Counted from the first letter of the stretch, positions 9,571 through 18,254 are shown. The stretch: DNA of 32,000 bases from Caldivirga maquilingensis IC-167 (GCF_000018305.1 NC_009954.1:930001-962000), one strand, 5' to 3'. Numbers and translations are program-made. The notes: generated from the sequence alone by a model not told the origin.

Positions 9571-9771
9571 GTGAATCCCATTTCTTTTCGATTATTAAAG
9601 CTTAAAAACCGTTTCCCTAGGATTGCGTTAACTATGGCTAAGAAATCAGCCGCCAGGTGCTCAATATGTGGCTCAGTTATTAGAGGGAGAGTTAGTAGGT
9701 CATATGGTGGTTACGTTTGCCACAAGTGCTTATCAATGGGTTTGAAGTTATCCGTTAGGCTAGGTGCCTGA
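9571..9771 (+). CDS. rpl34e: ribosomal protein L34e-like zinc-ribbon protein, unusually short
   Basis: ARCSICGSVIRG...YGGYVCHKCL matches the two Cys pairs and the YGGYLC.KCL C-terminus of archaeal L34e. It sits 2 nt upstream of cmk, the usual archaeal L34e-cmk arrangement. The ATG at 9634 (45 aa) is better placed relative to TATA-like TTATTAAAGCTTAAAAA (9592-9608). Confidence 0.5.
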   Translation: MNPISFRLLKLKNRFPRIALTMAKKSAARCSICGSVIRGRVSRSYGGYVCHKCLSMGLKLSVRLGA

Positions 9772-9773
9772 AA

Positions 9774-10319
9774 ATGGGTGTTATTGCAATCAGTGGACAA
9801 GTGGCCAGTGGTAAGACTACTGTGGCTAGGCTTCTTGCCGATAAGTTAGGCTACAGGTTTATTTCAATAGGTGAATTATTTAGGAAGGTGGCCGCTGAGA
9901 GGGGGTTAACGTTAATGCAGCTTCATGAACTTGCTGAAAGGGATCATAGTATCGACCTCCATGTGGACCAGGTATCAATTGAGGAGGCTAAGAAGGGTAA
10001 GGTAGTTATTGAGGGGCATTTAGCGGCATGGATAGTGAAGGATTACGCTGATGTTAGGGTTTACTTAAAGGCGGATATGATGTCTAGGGCAGGTAGACTG
10101 GCACGTAGGGAAGGCATTAGTATTAATGATGCTATTAATGAAATTAAGACTAGAGAGGAGTCTAATAGAAGGAGGTACATGGCTATATACTCAATAAACA
10201 TTAATGACTTATCAATATTCGACCTAGTTATTGACACGTCATTAATAAACATAAACGATACATTAGACATAGTGGGTAGTTACGTAATAAAAGTGTTAAA
10301 CGCTAAGGGTAAATTATGA
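9774..10319 (+). CDS. cmk: cytidylate kinase, archaeal type
   Basis: P-loop ISGQVASGKTT, then SIGELFRKVAAERGL, IEGHLAAW and REESNRRRYMAIYSININDLSIFDLVIDTS. Collinear with crenarchaeal CMP kinases as I recall them. Confidence 0.85.
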   Translation: MGVIAISGQVASGKTTVARLLADKLGYRFISIGELFRKVAAERGLTLMQLHELAERDHSIDLHVDQVSIEEAKKGKVVIEGHLAAWIVKDYADVRVYLKADMMSRAGRLARREGISINDAINEIKTREESNRRRYMAIYSININDLSIFDLVIDTSLININDTLDIVGSYVIKVLNAKGKL

Positions 10320-10423
10320 GGCACCGCATTACTCATATAGATTAACCAAGTAGGGTTAAGTCCAGTGCAATAGTATGGTTAATAAGTGTAAGTTTAATTA
10401 ACCGCATATTAAGGCTTAATTAA

Positions 10424-10648
10424 GTGGATATTAGTGATATTGTTAAGGAAGCCAGGGTTATAGCAAGGAGGAGGTTAAACGGTCATTTACTTCTGGTTGC
10501 GCTTCAATGCCTAAATGATAATGATGTAGTTGCGGCAGCTGAGAAGAGGCTTAATAATGATCCATTCGGTGAAACAGAGGCGCTTAGAGTACTTGTGATG
10601 CTTTGCATTGAGCCTCAAGCATCTAAGAGTAATGATAAACTTGAATGA
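10424..10648 (+). CDS. hypothetical protein
   Basis: 74-aa ORF with a GTG start and no recognisable motif. Not antisense to any better ORF. Confidence 0.3.
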   Translation: MDISDIVKEARVIARRRLNGHLLLVALQCLNDNDVVAAAEKRLNNDPFGETEALRVLVMLCIEPQASKSNDKLE

Positions 10649-10716
10649 GCCTCCCTTAAACCTAATTAAAGCTTGTAATGAATGATTAATGTAAAGGAAT
10701 CGAAACCACTCCTAAA

Positions 10717-10842
10717 TGGTGGGGCCGCCGGGATTTGAACCCGGGATCACACGGGCATACCCCACCCCACTGGGCTATTTATTGAATGTACCCAGTGGCG
10801 GCGTCCAAGCCGTGCGTCCTAACCAGGCTAGACTACGGCCCC
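10717..10842 (-). tRNA. tRNA-Pro: tRNA-Pro (anticodon UGG) with ~48-nt intron and encoded CCA
   Basis: Hand-folded from the minus strand. Acceptor GGGGCCG/CGGCCCC, D arm GTCT-AGCCTGGTTA-GGAC, anticodon stem CACGG/CCGTG with loop CTTGGA|intron|C. Then V loop TGATC, T arm CCGGG-TTCAAAT-CCCGG, discriminator A, CCA. TATA-like AAGTTAATAAA lies ~28 nt upstream. Confidence 0.8.
10756..10803 (-). other. tRNA intron (boundaries +/-1-2 nt)
   Basis: A 48-nt insertion interrupts the anticodon loop. It contains a perfect 8-bp hairpin, CCACTGGG-N16-CCCAGTGG (10767-10798), extended by CGCC/GGTG pairing. Confidence 0.7.
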
Positions 10843-11025
10843 TTCCTTGACTCATTACGCGTCGGTTTATTAACTTTACCACGTACCTGAATCATCCTGC
10901 GTGAAGCATGAGTGATAATTAAGTCTTTAGACATTTGGCTTATTACTTAATGGTAAATCAATGTTGACTTCAGCATAATTAATTTAAACGCATCTTATTA
11001 CTCATTAAGAAGCAGAGTTATTGAT

Positions 11026-13704
11026 TCATAGAGTTAGGTTAATAATCCTCGTCACCATGTAGGGCTTAAACGTTACATTCACTGTGGCATTGCTTTCAAC
11101 CGGTGTGGCTAATATGGTTAATTCATTCTCCTCACTTAAGTATGGTTCAGGTAAGTAGAACATGCTTTGTGAATCGCCTGGATAATACCTGCCGATTAAT
11201 ATACCGTTCAAGTATATTAATGCGTGGATCCTCCCACTCAACTCAACGTTAAGTGGTGCATTAGTATCACTTGGTTTATTGACCGTGAACTTAAGCTTAA
11301 TGGTTGATGGCTCACTTATGATTAACGGTAATTTAACGCTATCCCTTGCCTCACCTAACTCCATAATGCTTAAGCTGTAGTCATTAATGATGCCGCCCCA
11401 TAAATCAATCTCAACATTCCCTGGGGTTGAATTAATCTCCTTAATGCCGTATCTTAGTAATGCAATAACTACTTCAACGTCACCGCTTCTTAAACCACCG
11501 TATACCGTGGTTTCGAATGGTTCATCGCCATGACCCCTATAGACCTCTTCCCCATTAATGAAAATCACCATTGCGGCCCACTGATCGGCTTTACTGATCC
11601 TAAGAATTACATGCCTCGCCTCATTTAAATGAATTCTACCCCTATAGTAAATAACCGCATTATTTGGTTTACCTAAGTCACTAATGCTCTTAACCCACTT
11701 AACCTTAGGTAAGTACTCCTTAATCTCCTTATTAATCACCATGGTGTGACTGTAATTGGTTGCTATACCGGGCTTAAGTCTACTGGATAAGTCAAGTATA
11801 CCGTATTCCCATGAATCAACCTTAATACTACCGACTTGATTAATTAAGACTGGTGACTGTAAACCGGTGAAGAACGGTATGGTGCCATCATTAGGGTGAC
11901 CTGTTGACTCAACCACTATCCTCAAGTCACCGGCGTTAGCATTGGTTTTAATGTATATGAAGCCGTTTGCCGTAACCCTACCATTATTAATTACTGCGGC
12001 GTAATCGTGGGCTATGAAGCCTATTAATCCACTTGCGTTAAGCTTGGTGTCGTAGATGTATAATCCATGCTTAAACAAGCCTAATTCCTCAAGGGGCTTA
12101 ATATCACTAATTTTAAGAATAGGTTTAATACTCACTGAGCCTTTAGTCACCTGGGTTATGGATACGTTAGGTTGCTCAACATTAACGTTAAGTTCAATCC
12201 TGGTTAAGTCCAGTTCAGGAATGTACCTACCCTTACTTGACTTAAAGGGTAGGTAAAGCACGTTAACACCCTCCTTAGCCTCAATTAACAGTGAGTTGTA
12301 GTTACCATCCCTAATTAAGTATACATTTGATGGAACATAGTAATCATTCATTATCCAGGTTCTGGATGCGAATAATTCACTTAGAATCAACACTCTAACA
12401 TTACCTTTACCCTCAATTAAGCAACCATTTAATTCACCCGGCACCTTACCGCTCAGCACTATTGAGTCGCCTTCAGTACGATACTCAACACCTAGGCATG
12501 ATTTAACTAAGCCACCCTTAAGCCTAATTTTGAATTCCTCACCGGCATTACCGTAAAGTAACACATCACCATCCCTAACGGTCAGTAGGCTTAGGTTTGT
12601 TTCACTAATTGTAGCACCCTTAACGCTTAAGTTACTTGGAATAACCTTAACACCCCTTGCTGGAACCTTAACATCACCATCAATCCAATCAGTCTCAGTG
12701 TTGTTAATGTAGAACTTTAACCTTAAGTCACCCTTACGCCTAATAACTAATAGCTTACCGTTATCGTATGATTCACCCTCTGTTTCACTACCATCAATGA
12801 ATTCAGCCAGTGGTGTAATTAACTTAACCTTATAGTACCTTTCACTTAATTCACCCCACTCCCTAATTGAAGCCTCATAATCATAAGTAGTGGTTATCCA
12901 TCTACCAGTCCAGTAACCGAAATTAGTGCCCCCATGGAACATGTAGAAGCTTACAACATCTGAACCATAGGCTAATGCCGTTGCTAAAAGTATCCTAGTC
13001 CAGTCAGGTGGGAAACTACCCCTTGATGTTGGTAATGGCCTATGAATAACCGAGAACCACCCACCCTCATACTCAAGTATCTTAGGCCTACCACCCTGGG
13101 TTTCCAGGAGATCCTTAATACTCCATATTACTGAGTTTAGGTCCCATGGGCTTGGGTAAAGATCCAAGGCATCAGTGTACACTGTGTTCCTAACATACCT
13201 ATTAACATTAGTGTACAGCTTAGCAGTAACACCAACCTGCCTAGCTAACTCAGCTAGCTTCATGTGGAGTGGTGCATCACCCCAGAAGTACTCGTTCTCC
13301 AATTGAACAATATCAACACCACCATTAGGTTCCTGATGCTTAACAACAATGGGTAATATTACCCTAAGCCACCTCTCAGCGTAAGGCCAGTAGGATGAGT
13401 CAAGGCTCCTAGGCACCAATCCCCTACTCAGTAACCAGTCAGGGTGTCCACCATTATCCCATTCCGAACATATATAGGGTCCAACCCTGGCAATTATCTT
13501 AAGGCCAAGCTCCTCAGCCTTACTTAAGTACACGTCAACGTCCTTCTCCCCGGAGAAGTCAAATACCCCTGGTTCAACCTCATGGTAATTCCAAGCGAAG
13601 TAGGTGTTTAAGCAGTTTAACCCAGCCCTCTTAATCTTAAGCAGCCTATCTTCCCAAAGACCCCTAGGGACCCTGAAGTAATGCATTTCACCACATAGGA
13701 GCAT
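11026..13704 (-). CDS. glycoside hydrolase family 35 (beta-galactosidase / exo-beta-glucosaminidase-like)
   Basis: GH35 catalytic-domain signature: GEMHYFRVPRGLWEDRLLKIKRAGLNCLNTYFAWNYHE, GPYICSEWDNGGHPDWL, acid/base VQLENEY and nucleophile region ILEYEGGWF. A ~550-aa beta-rich C-terminal extension follows. The ORF starts right at the first barrel strand, with an in-frame stop 4 codons upstream. Confidence 0.85.
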   Translation of the reverse strand: MLLCGEMHYFRVPRGLWEDRLLKIKRAGLNCLNTYFAWNYHEVEPGVFDFSGEKDVDVYLSKAEELGLKIIARVGPYICSEWDNGGHPDWLLSRGLVPRSLDSSYWPYAERWLRVILPIVVKHQEPNGGVDIVQLENEYFWGDAPLHMKLAELARQVGVTAKLYTNVNRYVRNTVYTDALDLYPSPWDLNSVIWSIKDLLETQGGRPKILEYEGGWFSVIHRPLPTSRGSFPPDWTRILLATALAYGSDVVSFYMFHGGTNFGYWTGRWITTTYDYEASIREWGELSERYYKVKLITPLAEFIDGSETEGESYDNGKLLVIRRKGDLRLKFYINNTETDWIDGDVKVPARGVKVIPSNLSVKGATISETNLSLLTVRDGDVLLYGNAGEEFKIRLKGGLVKSCLGVEYRTEGDSIVLSGKVPGELNGCLIEGKGNVRVLILSELFASRTWIMNDYYVPSNVYLIRDGNYNSLLIEAKEGVNVLYLPFKSSKGRYIPELDLTRIELNVNVEQPNVSITQVTKGSVSIKPILKISDIKPLEELGLFKHGLYIYDTKLNASGLIGFIAHDYAAVINNGRVTANGFIYIKTNANAGDLRIVVESTGHPNDGTIPFFTGLQSPVLINQVGSIKVDSWEYGILDLSSRLKPGIATNYSHTMVINKEIKEYLPKVKWVKSISDLGKPNNAVIYYRGRIHLNEARHVILRISKADQWAAMVIFINGEEVYRGHGDEPFETTVYGGLRSGDVEVVIALLRYGIKEINSTPGNVEIDLWGGIINDYSLSIMELGEARDSVKLPLIISEPSTIKLKFTVNKPSDTNAPLNVELSGRIHALIYLNGILIGRYYPGDSQSMFYLPEPYLSEENELTILATPVESNATVNVTFKPYMVTRIINLTL

Positions 13705-13856
13705 ACTAAATGATTAAGCCGCAGCATTAAAGTATTACCACTTCATAAATATACGCACCTAAGCTATAACCCCTTGAGTTAAGGATTACGTAAATGGCTA
13801 ATCCTTGAAGGCGCAGGCTTAGGAAGAGCTTATTAAAAGGAGATGATGAATAATGA

Positions 13857-15053
13857 TTACTTCAATTCCTTAGATACCTTAATCAATGCCTCAGCGGTTC
13901 TCCTAGTCTCATCCTCACTAAGCAGTACATGCTGAGGCACCCACACAACCCTCCTGCACGCATCCTCAGTCACAGGTAGGTTTAACCTGGAGTAGTCGGG
14001 TAATTTCCAGTACGCCTCCCTGAAGGCTGGTTGCCTATAAAGTGGCATTGGGTAACCCTCAACAATCACGCCTCCCCTCTTATTAACCTCATTAACTATC
14101 CTAGCCTTCCCATACTGGTTAATCAACCTACTACTAATCCATATTGGGAGGAGGTGGTTTGAACTAGAGACATAGTCAGGTGGTTTAATCGGCCTAAAGT
14201 CCTCAACTCCCTCAAGAATTTCATAAAGTAACCTAGCGTTCCTCTCCCTAACCTTAAACTCATCGTCGTAGCGTTTAAGTTGAGATAATAGTATTGCCGC
14301 CTGGAGTTCAGTCATCCTGAAGTTCCACCCGATAAGCATATGCATGTACCATTCACCGTTAATTTCCCTACCAGCGTTATGGTAGGACCAAGCCCTAATG
14401 TAGGTTTCATAATCATTAGTCACAATAACTCCACCTTCCCCAGCAGTCATATTCTTACTACTCTGGAAACTGAAGACGCCTGCATCACCTATTGCTCCAA
14501 CTTTACGACCCTTATACACGGCTCCATGAGCCTGTGCCGCATCCTCAATAACCTTAGCTCCATGTCTCCTAGCCTCATTAATGACACCATCAAGTTCAGC
14601 GGGTATTCCGGAGAAGTGAACTGGGACGATTAACTTAATTTTATTATCCTTATCCTGCTCAAGAATAGCCTTAAGTGAATCAACACTTATGTTGAGGGTT
14701 TCAGCATCAATATCAATGAAGACTGGCACAGCCCTAAGCAGTACACCGGCTGTTGCAGTGGCTATGAAGGTGTAGGCCGGTAACGCGAAGTAATCCCCCT
14801 CATTTAACCCAACGGCTAGGTAGCTTAGGAATAAACCCGCTGTGCCACTTGTTACTGCCACGGCGTACTTAGCCTCATGGTACCTTGAGAACTCCCTCTC
14901 AAACTCCTCCACAACACCGCCGGGGACTCTGCCCCATTTACCGCTCCTGAATGCCTCAAGTAAAGACTTCTCATCATCTGAGTTAACCGGAGGCCACTTA
15001 ACCATACTTGACTTAGCTGGGTTTAATCTATTAAAGTTTACTATAGAATTCAA
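13857..15053 (-). CDS. DegT/DnrJ/EryC1/StrS-family PLP-dependent aminotransferase
   Basis: Family motifs: VTSGTAGLFL, IEDAAQAHGA, the PLP-lysine segment FSFQSSKNMTAGEGG, and NFRMTELQAAILLSQL. Confidence 0.85.
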   Translation of the reverse strand: MNSIVNFNRLNPAKSSMVKWPPVNSDDEKSLLEAFRSGKWGRVPGGVVEEFEREFSRYHEAKYAVAVTSGTAGLFLSYLAVGLNEGDYFALPAYTFIATATAGVLLRAVPVFIDIDAETLNISVDSLKAILEQDKDNKIKLIVPVHFSGIPAELDGVINEARRHGAKVIEDAAQAHGAVYKGRKVGAIGDAGVFSFQSSKNMTAGEGGVIVTNDYETYIRAWSYHNAGREINGEWYMHMLIGWNFRMTELQAAILLSQLKRYDDEFKVRERNARLLYEILEGVEDFRPIKPPDYVSSSNHLLPIWISSRLINQYGKARIVNEVNKRGGVIVEGYPMPLYRQPAFREAYWKLPDYSRLNLPVTEDACRRVVWVPQHVLLSEDETRRTAEALIKVSKELK

Positions 15054-15077
15054 TGAGTAAATTAAGGATTTAGTGCT

Positions 15078-15863
15078 TTACTTAATTCCATAAAGCCTAC
15101 CTGCGTTTACTGATGATATCGCCTCCTTATCCTTATCCTGAATCTTGGATAATTGAAGCTTAAGTATTGATGACTTAGGGTACTTCATCATGAATCCTGT
15201 TGATAATACGAGCCTTGATGCACCATATAGCTTAACTAATTCCTCAACGTGATTGTAAGGCGCCCCTAATACCTGTGATGATGCGAAGTCCACGTAAACA
15301 TCACCATTGTACAGTGACCTTAAGCCAGCTAGGTCATTATAAGGGAAATGGGATAACAATACCTTAACCTCCCCATCCCCCTTATTAACTATATTCTTCA
15401 AGGCCTCACTTAATTCACCCAGCATGATTCTATACCTGAAGGAATAAGCCCTATGCATTTGCCTTAAATCCTCCAGTAGGTTAAGGATTACGACGGCGCC
15501 ATGGCTTAAGGCCTCAGTTAAGTTACTTATCACGCTCCTCCTCATTAATCTGTAGCCATGGTATATTGGACTAGTGACGAAGCCCACGTAACCCATTCTA
15601 CTGTACTCCCTAATCCTTAACTTATCCTCGTAGTCAGGGTTGAAGACGGCTAACTTATGTATGCTACAGTCAACCTTAGGGTCCTCCCTGGCGAACTCCA
15701 CGTTAGCCCACCATGGATCCCTGTGAAATAGGGCTGTTAGGTTAAACATTAAGCAGTGCTTAAAGCCCTCTGAGGCTAATTTTGATGCAACAGCCTCAGT
15801 GCTCATTGAAAGGTACCTAAATGGGTATGCACCACTCATGCATAGTGCATCAATCATCCTCAC
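15078..15863 (-). CDS. amidohydrolase-2-like TIM-barrel paralogue with degenerate metal site
   Basis: Similar in length and layout to the upstream amidohydrolase. The N-terminal HxH is replaced (IDALCM) and the late Asp position reads STGF. Its start overlaps the upstream stop (GTGA). Confidence 0.5.
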   Translation of the reverse strand: MRMIDALCMSGAYPFRYLSMSTEAVASKLASEGFKHCLMFNLTALFHRDPWWANVEFAREDPKVDCSIHKLAVFNPDYEDKLRIREYSRMGYVGFVTSPIYHGYRLMRRSVISNLTEALSHGAVVILNLLEDLRQMHRAYSFRYRIMLGELSEALKNIVNKGDGEVKVLLSHFPYNDLAGLRSLYNGDVYVDFASSQVLGAPYNHVEELVKLYGASRLVLSTGFMMKYPKSSILKLQLSKIQDKDKEAISSVNAGRLYGIK

Positions 15864-16618
15864 TCACCTAGAATCCTCATGGCGTTTAACCTAAGTATCT
15901 TGATCCTAGACTCCTCACTAATATCAGCATTAATTATCCTAGACACGGCAGCCGATATCAACGTATCCGTGGCGAAGAGCACCCTATCATCGCCTAGAAC
16001 CCTAACAGCCTCCTCCACTGAACCATAATCCACGACGCTTCCACCTATATCAACGTAAACGTTGGGTAAATCCCTAACCCTACTTACCGCGTACTCCCAA
16101 TCACCACCACCCGTTATATGCGCCATAATGATTTTAGCCTTAGGGAACCTTAAGGCAAGTGACTTAATGTCATCTGGTTCACTTTCATTGGGCCTGGAGG
16201 TTGGGTAGAGTCTATGGGCTGTGTGAACCAGTATGGGTACGTTATTCTCAACGGCAACCTCAATAATAGGATCAACAATACGCCTACTAACTCTAACCGC
16301 CCTATACAGTTTAACACCTATAAACCCCCTCTCCCTAATGAAGAACTCAGTCATTTTAACTGCATCCTGGTTAAGTGGATTAACGTGCACGAAGCCCTTA
16401 ACCTCCTTAAACCTCCTGGATAATTCATAGACAAATTCATTAGCCCTCCAGACTTCCTCAGAGGGTGGTTTAAAACCAGACATGGAGTATGGGTGATAAC
16501 TAACCCATAATTGCTCAATACCAAGAATCCTTGAAAGCCTAATCATCTCCTCATTAATACTCATGTCAGGGTAACAGTGGGTGTGGGCATCCACTGCGCC
16601 ACCTAGGTTAATCACCAC
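15860..16618 (-). CDS. metal-dependent amidohydrolase (amidohydrolase-2 / PF04909-like)
   Basis: VDAHTHCYP (HxH), VHTAH, MAHITGGGD and FATDT give the full set of amidohydrolase-superfamily metal ligands in the expected order. Confidence 0.7.
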   Translation of the reverse strand: MVINLGGAVDAHTHCYPDMSINEEMIRLSRILGIEQLWVSYHPYSMSGFKPPSEEVWRANEFVYELSRRFKEVKGFVHVNPLNQDAVKMTEFFIRERGFIGVKLYRAVRVSRRIVDPIIEVAVENNVPILVHTAHRLYPTSRPNESEPDDIKSLALRFPKAKIIMAHITGGGDWEYAVSRVRDLPNVYVDIGGSVVDYGSVEEAVRVLGDDRVLFATDTLISAAVSRIINADISEESRIKILRLNAMRILGE

Positions 16619-16760
16619 TTAACCCCTACCTAAGTTAATCAGGGGGCTTATAATGTTAACTAAGCATGGGAGAGTGAGTAATCCATTGGGTTTAACCTAA
16701 TTCTTCAACTATGGTAAGGTAGTGAACGGTGTAATTTCCTTGATTGCTCATGAGGTTAGG

Positions 16761-16767
16761 TTTAAAT
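16761..16767 (+). promoter_or_regulatory. TATA box for the TIP49 gene
   Basis: TTTAAAT is centred 26 nt upstream of the ATG at 16790, consistent with a leaderless transcript. Confidence 0.45.
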
Positions 16768-16789
16768 CAGTGCACAGTAAAAACGACCT

Positions 16790-18160
16790 ATGTCATCCAT
16801 AAGGATTGAGGAAGTAAAGGGTGGTGAGGAAGAAAGAAGGAGAATAAGTGTACATAGTCACATTAGAGGACTTGGTGTAGTTAATGGTAAGGTGGAGAAG
16901 ATTGCAGGCGGCTTCGTAGGTCAGGTTGAGGCCAGGGAGGCTGCGGCAATGGTTGTTAAAATCATTAAGGCAGGTAAATTCAGCGGCAAAGGAGTACTAA
17001 TAGTTGGCCCACCCGGCACCGGTAAGACGGCACTAGCCATTGGTATCGCCAGGGAACTTGGGGCTGATACACCCTTCGTTCACCTTAATGCCGCTGAAAT
17101 ATATAGCGTAGAGATTAAGAAAACTGAATTCCTAATGAGGGCCCTTAGGAAGGCCATTGGACTTAGAATAAGGGAATGGAGGAGGGTTTACGAGGGTGTG
17201 GTTAAGTCCATTGAATTCAAGTACGGTAAACACCCCTACAACCCCTACATTCAAGTACCCGTTGGGGCAACGGTTAAGTTGAAGACAACTGATGAGGAGA
17301 AGATACTGAAGGTTCCCCAGGAGATTGCCGCGCAGTTAATTGAGCTAGGAATCAGTACTGGTGATGTTATAATGATTGATGAGGAGACGGGTAGGGTTAT
17401 TGTTGAGGGTCAGGTTCAAGGTGAGGGTGAGGAGCAGTACGACATATATGTTAAGCATAGGCTTGAGGTACCTAAGGGTCCTGTACATAAGGAGAAGGAG
17501 ATAACCAGGTTCTTCACTCTTCATGACCTAGACCTGTATCAAGCTAGGCAGCAGGGCTTGGTTTCAGCAATGTTATTTGGAGTATTCACTGAGGAGAAGG
17601 AGATACCCAGTGAGGTTAGGAATGCCGTGGATAATTTCGTTAAGGAGACTGTGGATAAGGGTAATGGTGAGTTAATTCCAGGTGTACTCTTCGTGGATGA
17701 TGCCCACATGCTGGATATTGAAACCTGGGCCTTCTTCACAAAGGCCATGGAGATGGAGATGAGTCCAATAATGATATTCGCCACGAACAGGGGTATAACA
17801 AAGATAAGGGGAACAGATATTGAGGCACCTCACGGTATACCACTGGATTTACTAGATAGGTTAATTATAATAAGGACTAGGCCATATAATGAGGATGAGG
17901 TTAGGGAAATAGTATCAATTAGAGCCAGGGAAGAGGGGGTTAAGTTAGATAATGATGCCTTAGATTACTTAACGAAGATAGGTGTTGAGAATAGTCTGAG
18001 ATATGCAATACAATTACTGACCCCAGCCCAGATTAGGGCCAAGGAGCAGAATAGGAGTAATGTAACTAAGGATGATGTCGAGTACGTTAGGAAGCTCTTC
18101 CTAAGCCTAAGGGAGAGCGTTGAGTACGTTAAGCAGCATGAGGAGTTATTCCTAAAGTAA
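16790..18160 (+). CDS. TIP49 / RuvB-like AAA+ ATPase (archaeal RuvBL homologue)
   Basis: SHIRGLG, Walker A GPPGTGKTALA, a ~170-aa inserted domain II, GVLFVDDAHMLDIE (Walker B region) and IFATNRG. Collinear with eukaryotic RuvBL1/2 as I recall them. Confidence 0.85.
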   Translation: MSSIRIEEVKGGEEERRRISVHSHIRGLGVVNGKVEKIAGGFVGQVEAREAAAMVVKIIKAGKFSGKGVLIVGPPGTGKTALAIGIARELGADTPFVHLNAAEIYSVEIKKTEFLMRALRKAIGLRIREWRRVYEGVVKSIEFKYGKHPYNPYIQVPVGATVKLKTTDEEKILKVPQEIAAQLIELGISTGDVIMIDEETGRVIVEGQVQGEGEEQYDIYVKHRLEVPKGPVHKEKEITRFFTLHDLDLYQARQQGLVSAMLFGVFTEEKEIPSEVRNAVDNFVKETVDKGNGELIPGVLFVDDAHMLDIETWAFFTKAMEMEMSPIMIFATNRGITKIRGTDIEAPHGIPLDLLDRLIIIRTRPYNEDEVREIVSIRAREEGVKLDNDALDYLTKIGVENSLRYAIQLLTPAQIRAKEQNRSNVTKDDVEYVRKLFLSLRESVEYVKQHEELFLK

Positions 18161-18202
18161 CATAGTTTACAACCTTACCAGTAAGCGGTTCCTCACTTAT
18201 GG

Positions 18203-18218
18203 TTTTTTAAACGGTTTT
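18203..18218 (+). terminator. T-tract terminator candidate after TIP49
   Basis: TTTTTT (18203-18208) and TTTT (18215-18218) begin 43 nt after the stop. Oligo-T tracts are the usual archaeal termination signal. Confidence 0.3.
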
Positions 18219-18254
18219 CAATACTTCTAGTTCCGTAAGTGGGGTTAGCCCTTG

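Noticed and set aside
10756-10803. Attempt to fit a strict hBHBh' splicing motif, or a second intron, in the tRNA-Pro gene
   Set aside because: I could not build a 3-4-3 bulge-helix-bulge by hand, and a single 48-nt excision already yields a complete cloverleaf. I therefore report only one intron with uncertain junctions.
13843-13856. ATGATGA (a perfect C-box-like heptamer) just downstream of the DegT gene
   Set aside because: No CUGA D box occurs within the next ~70 nt on that strand, so the heptamer is probably fortuitous.
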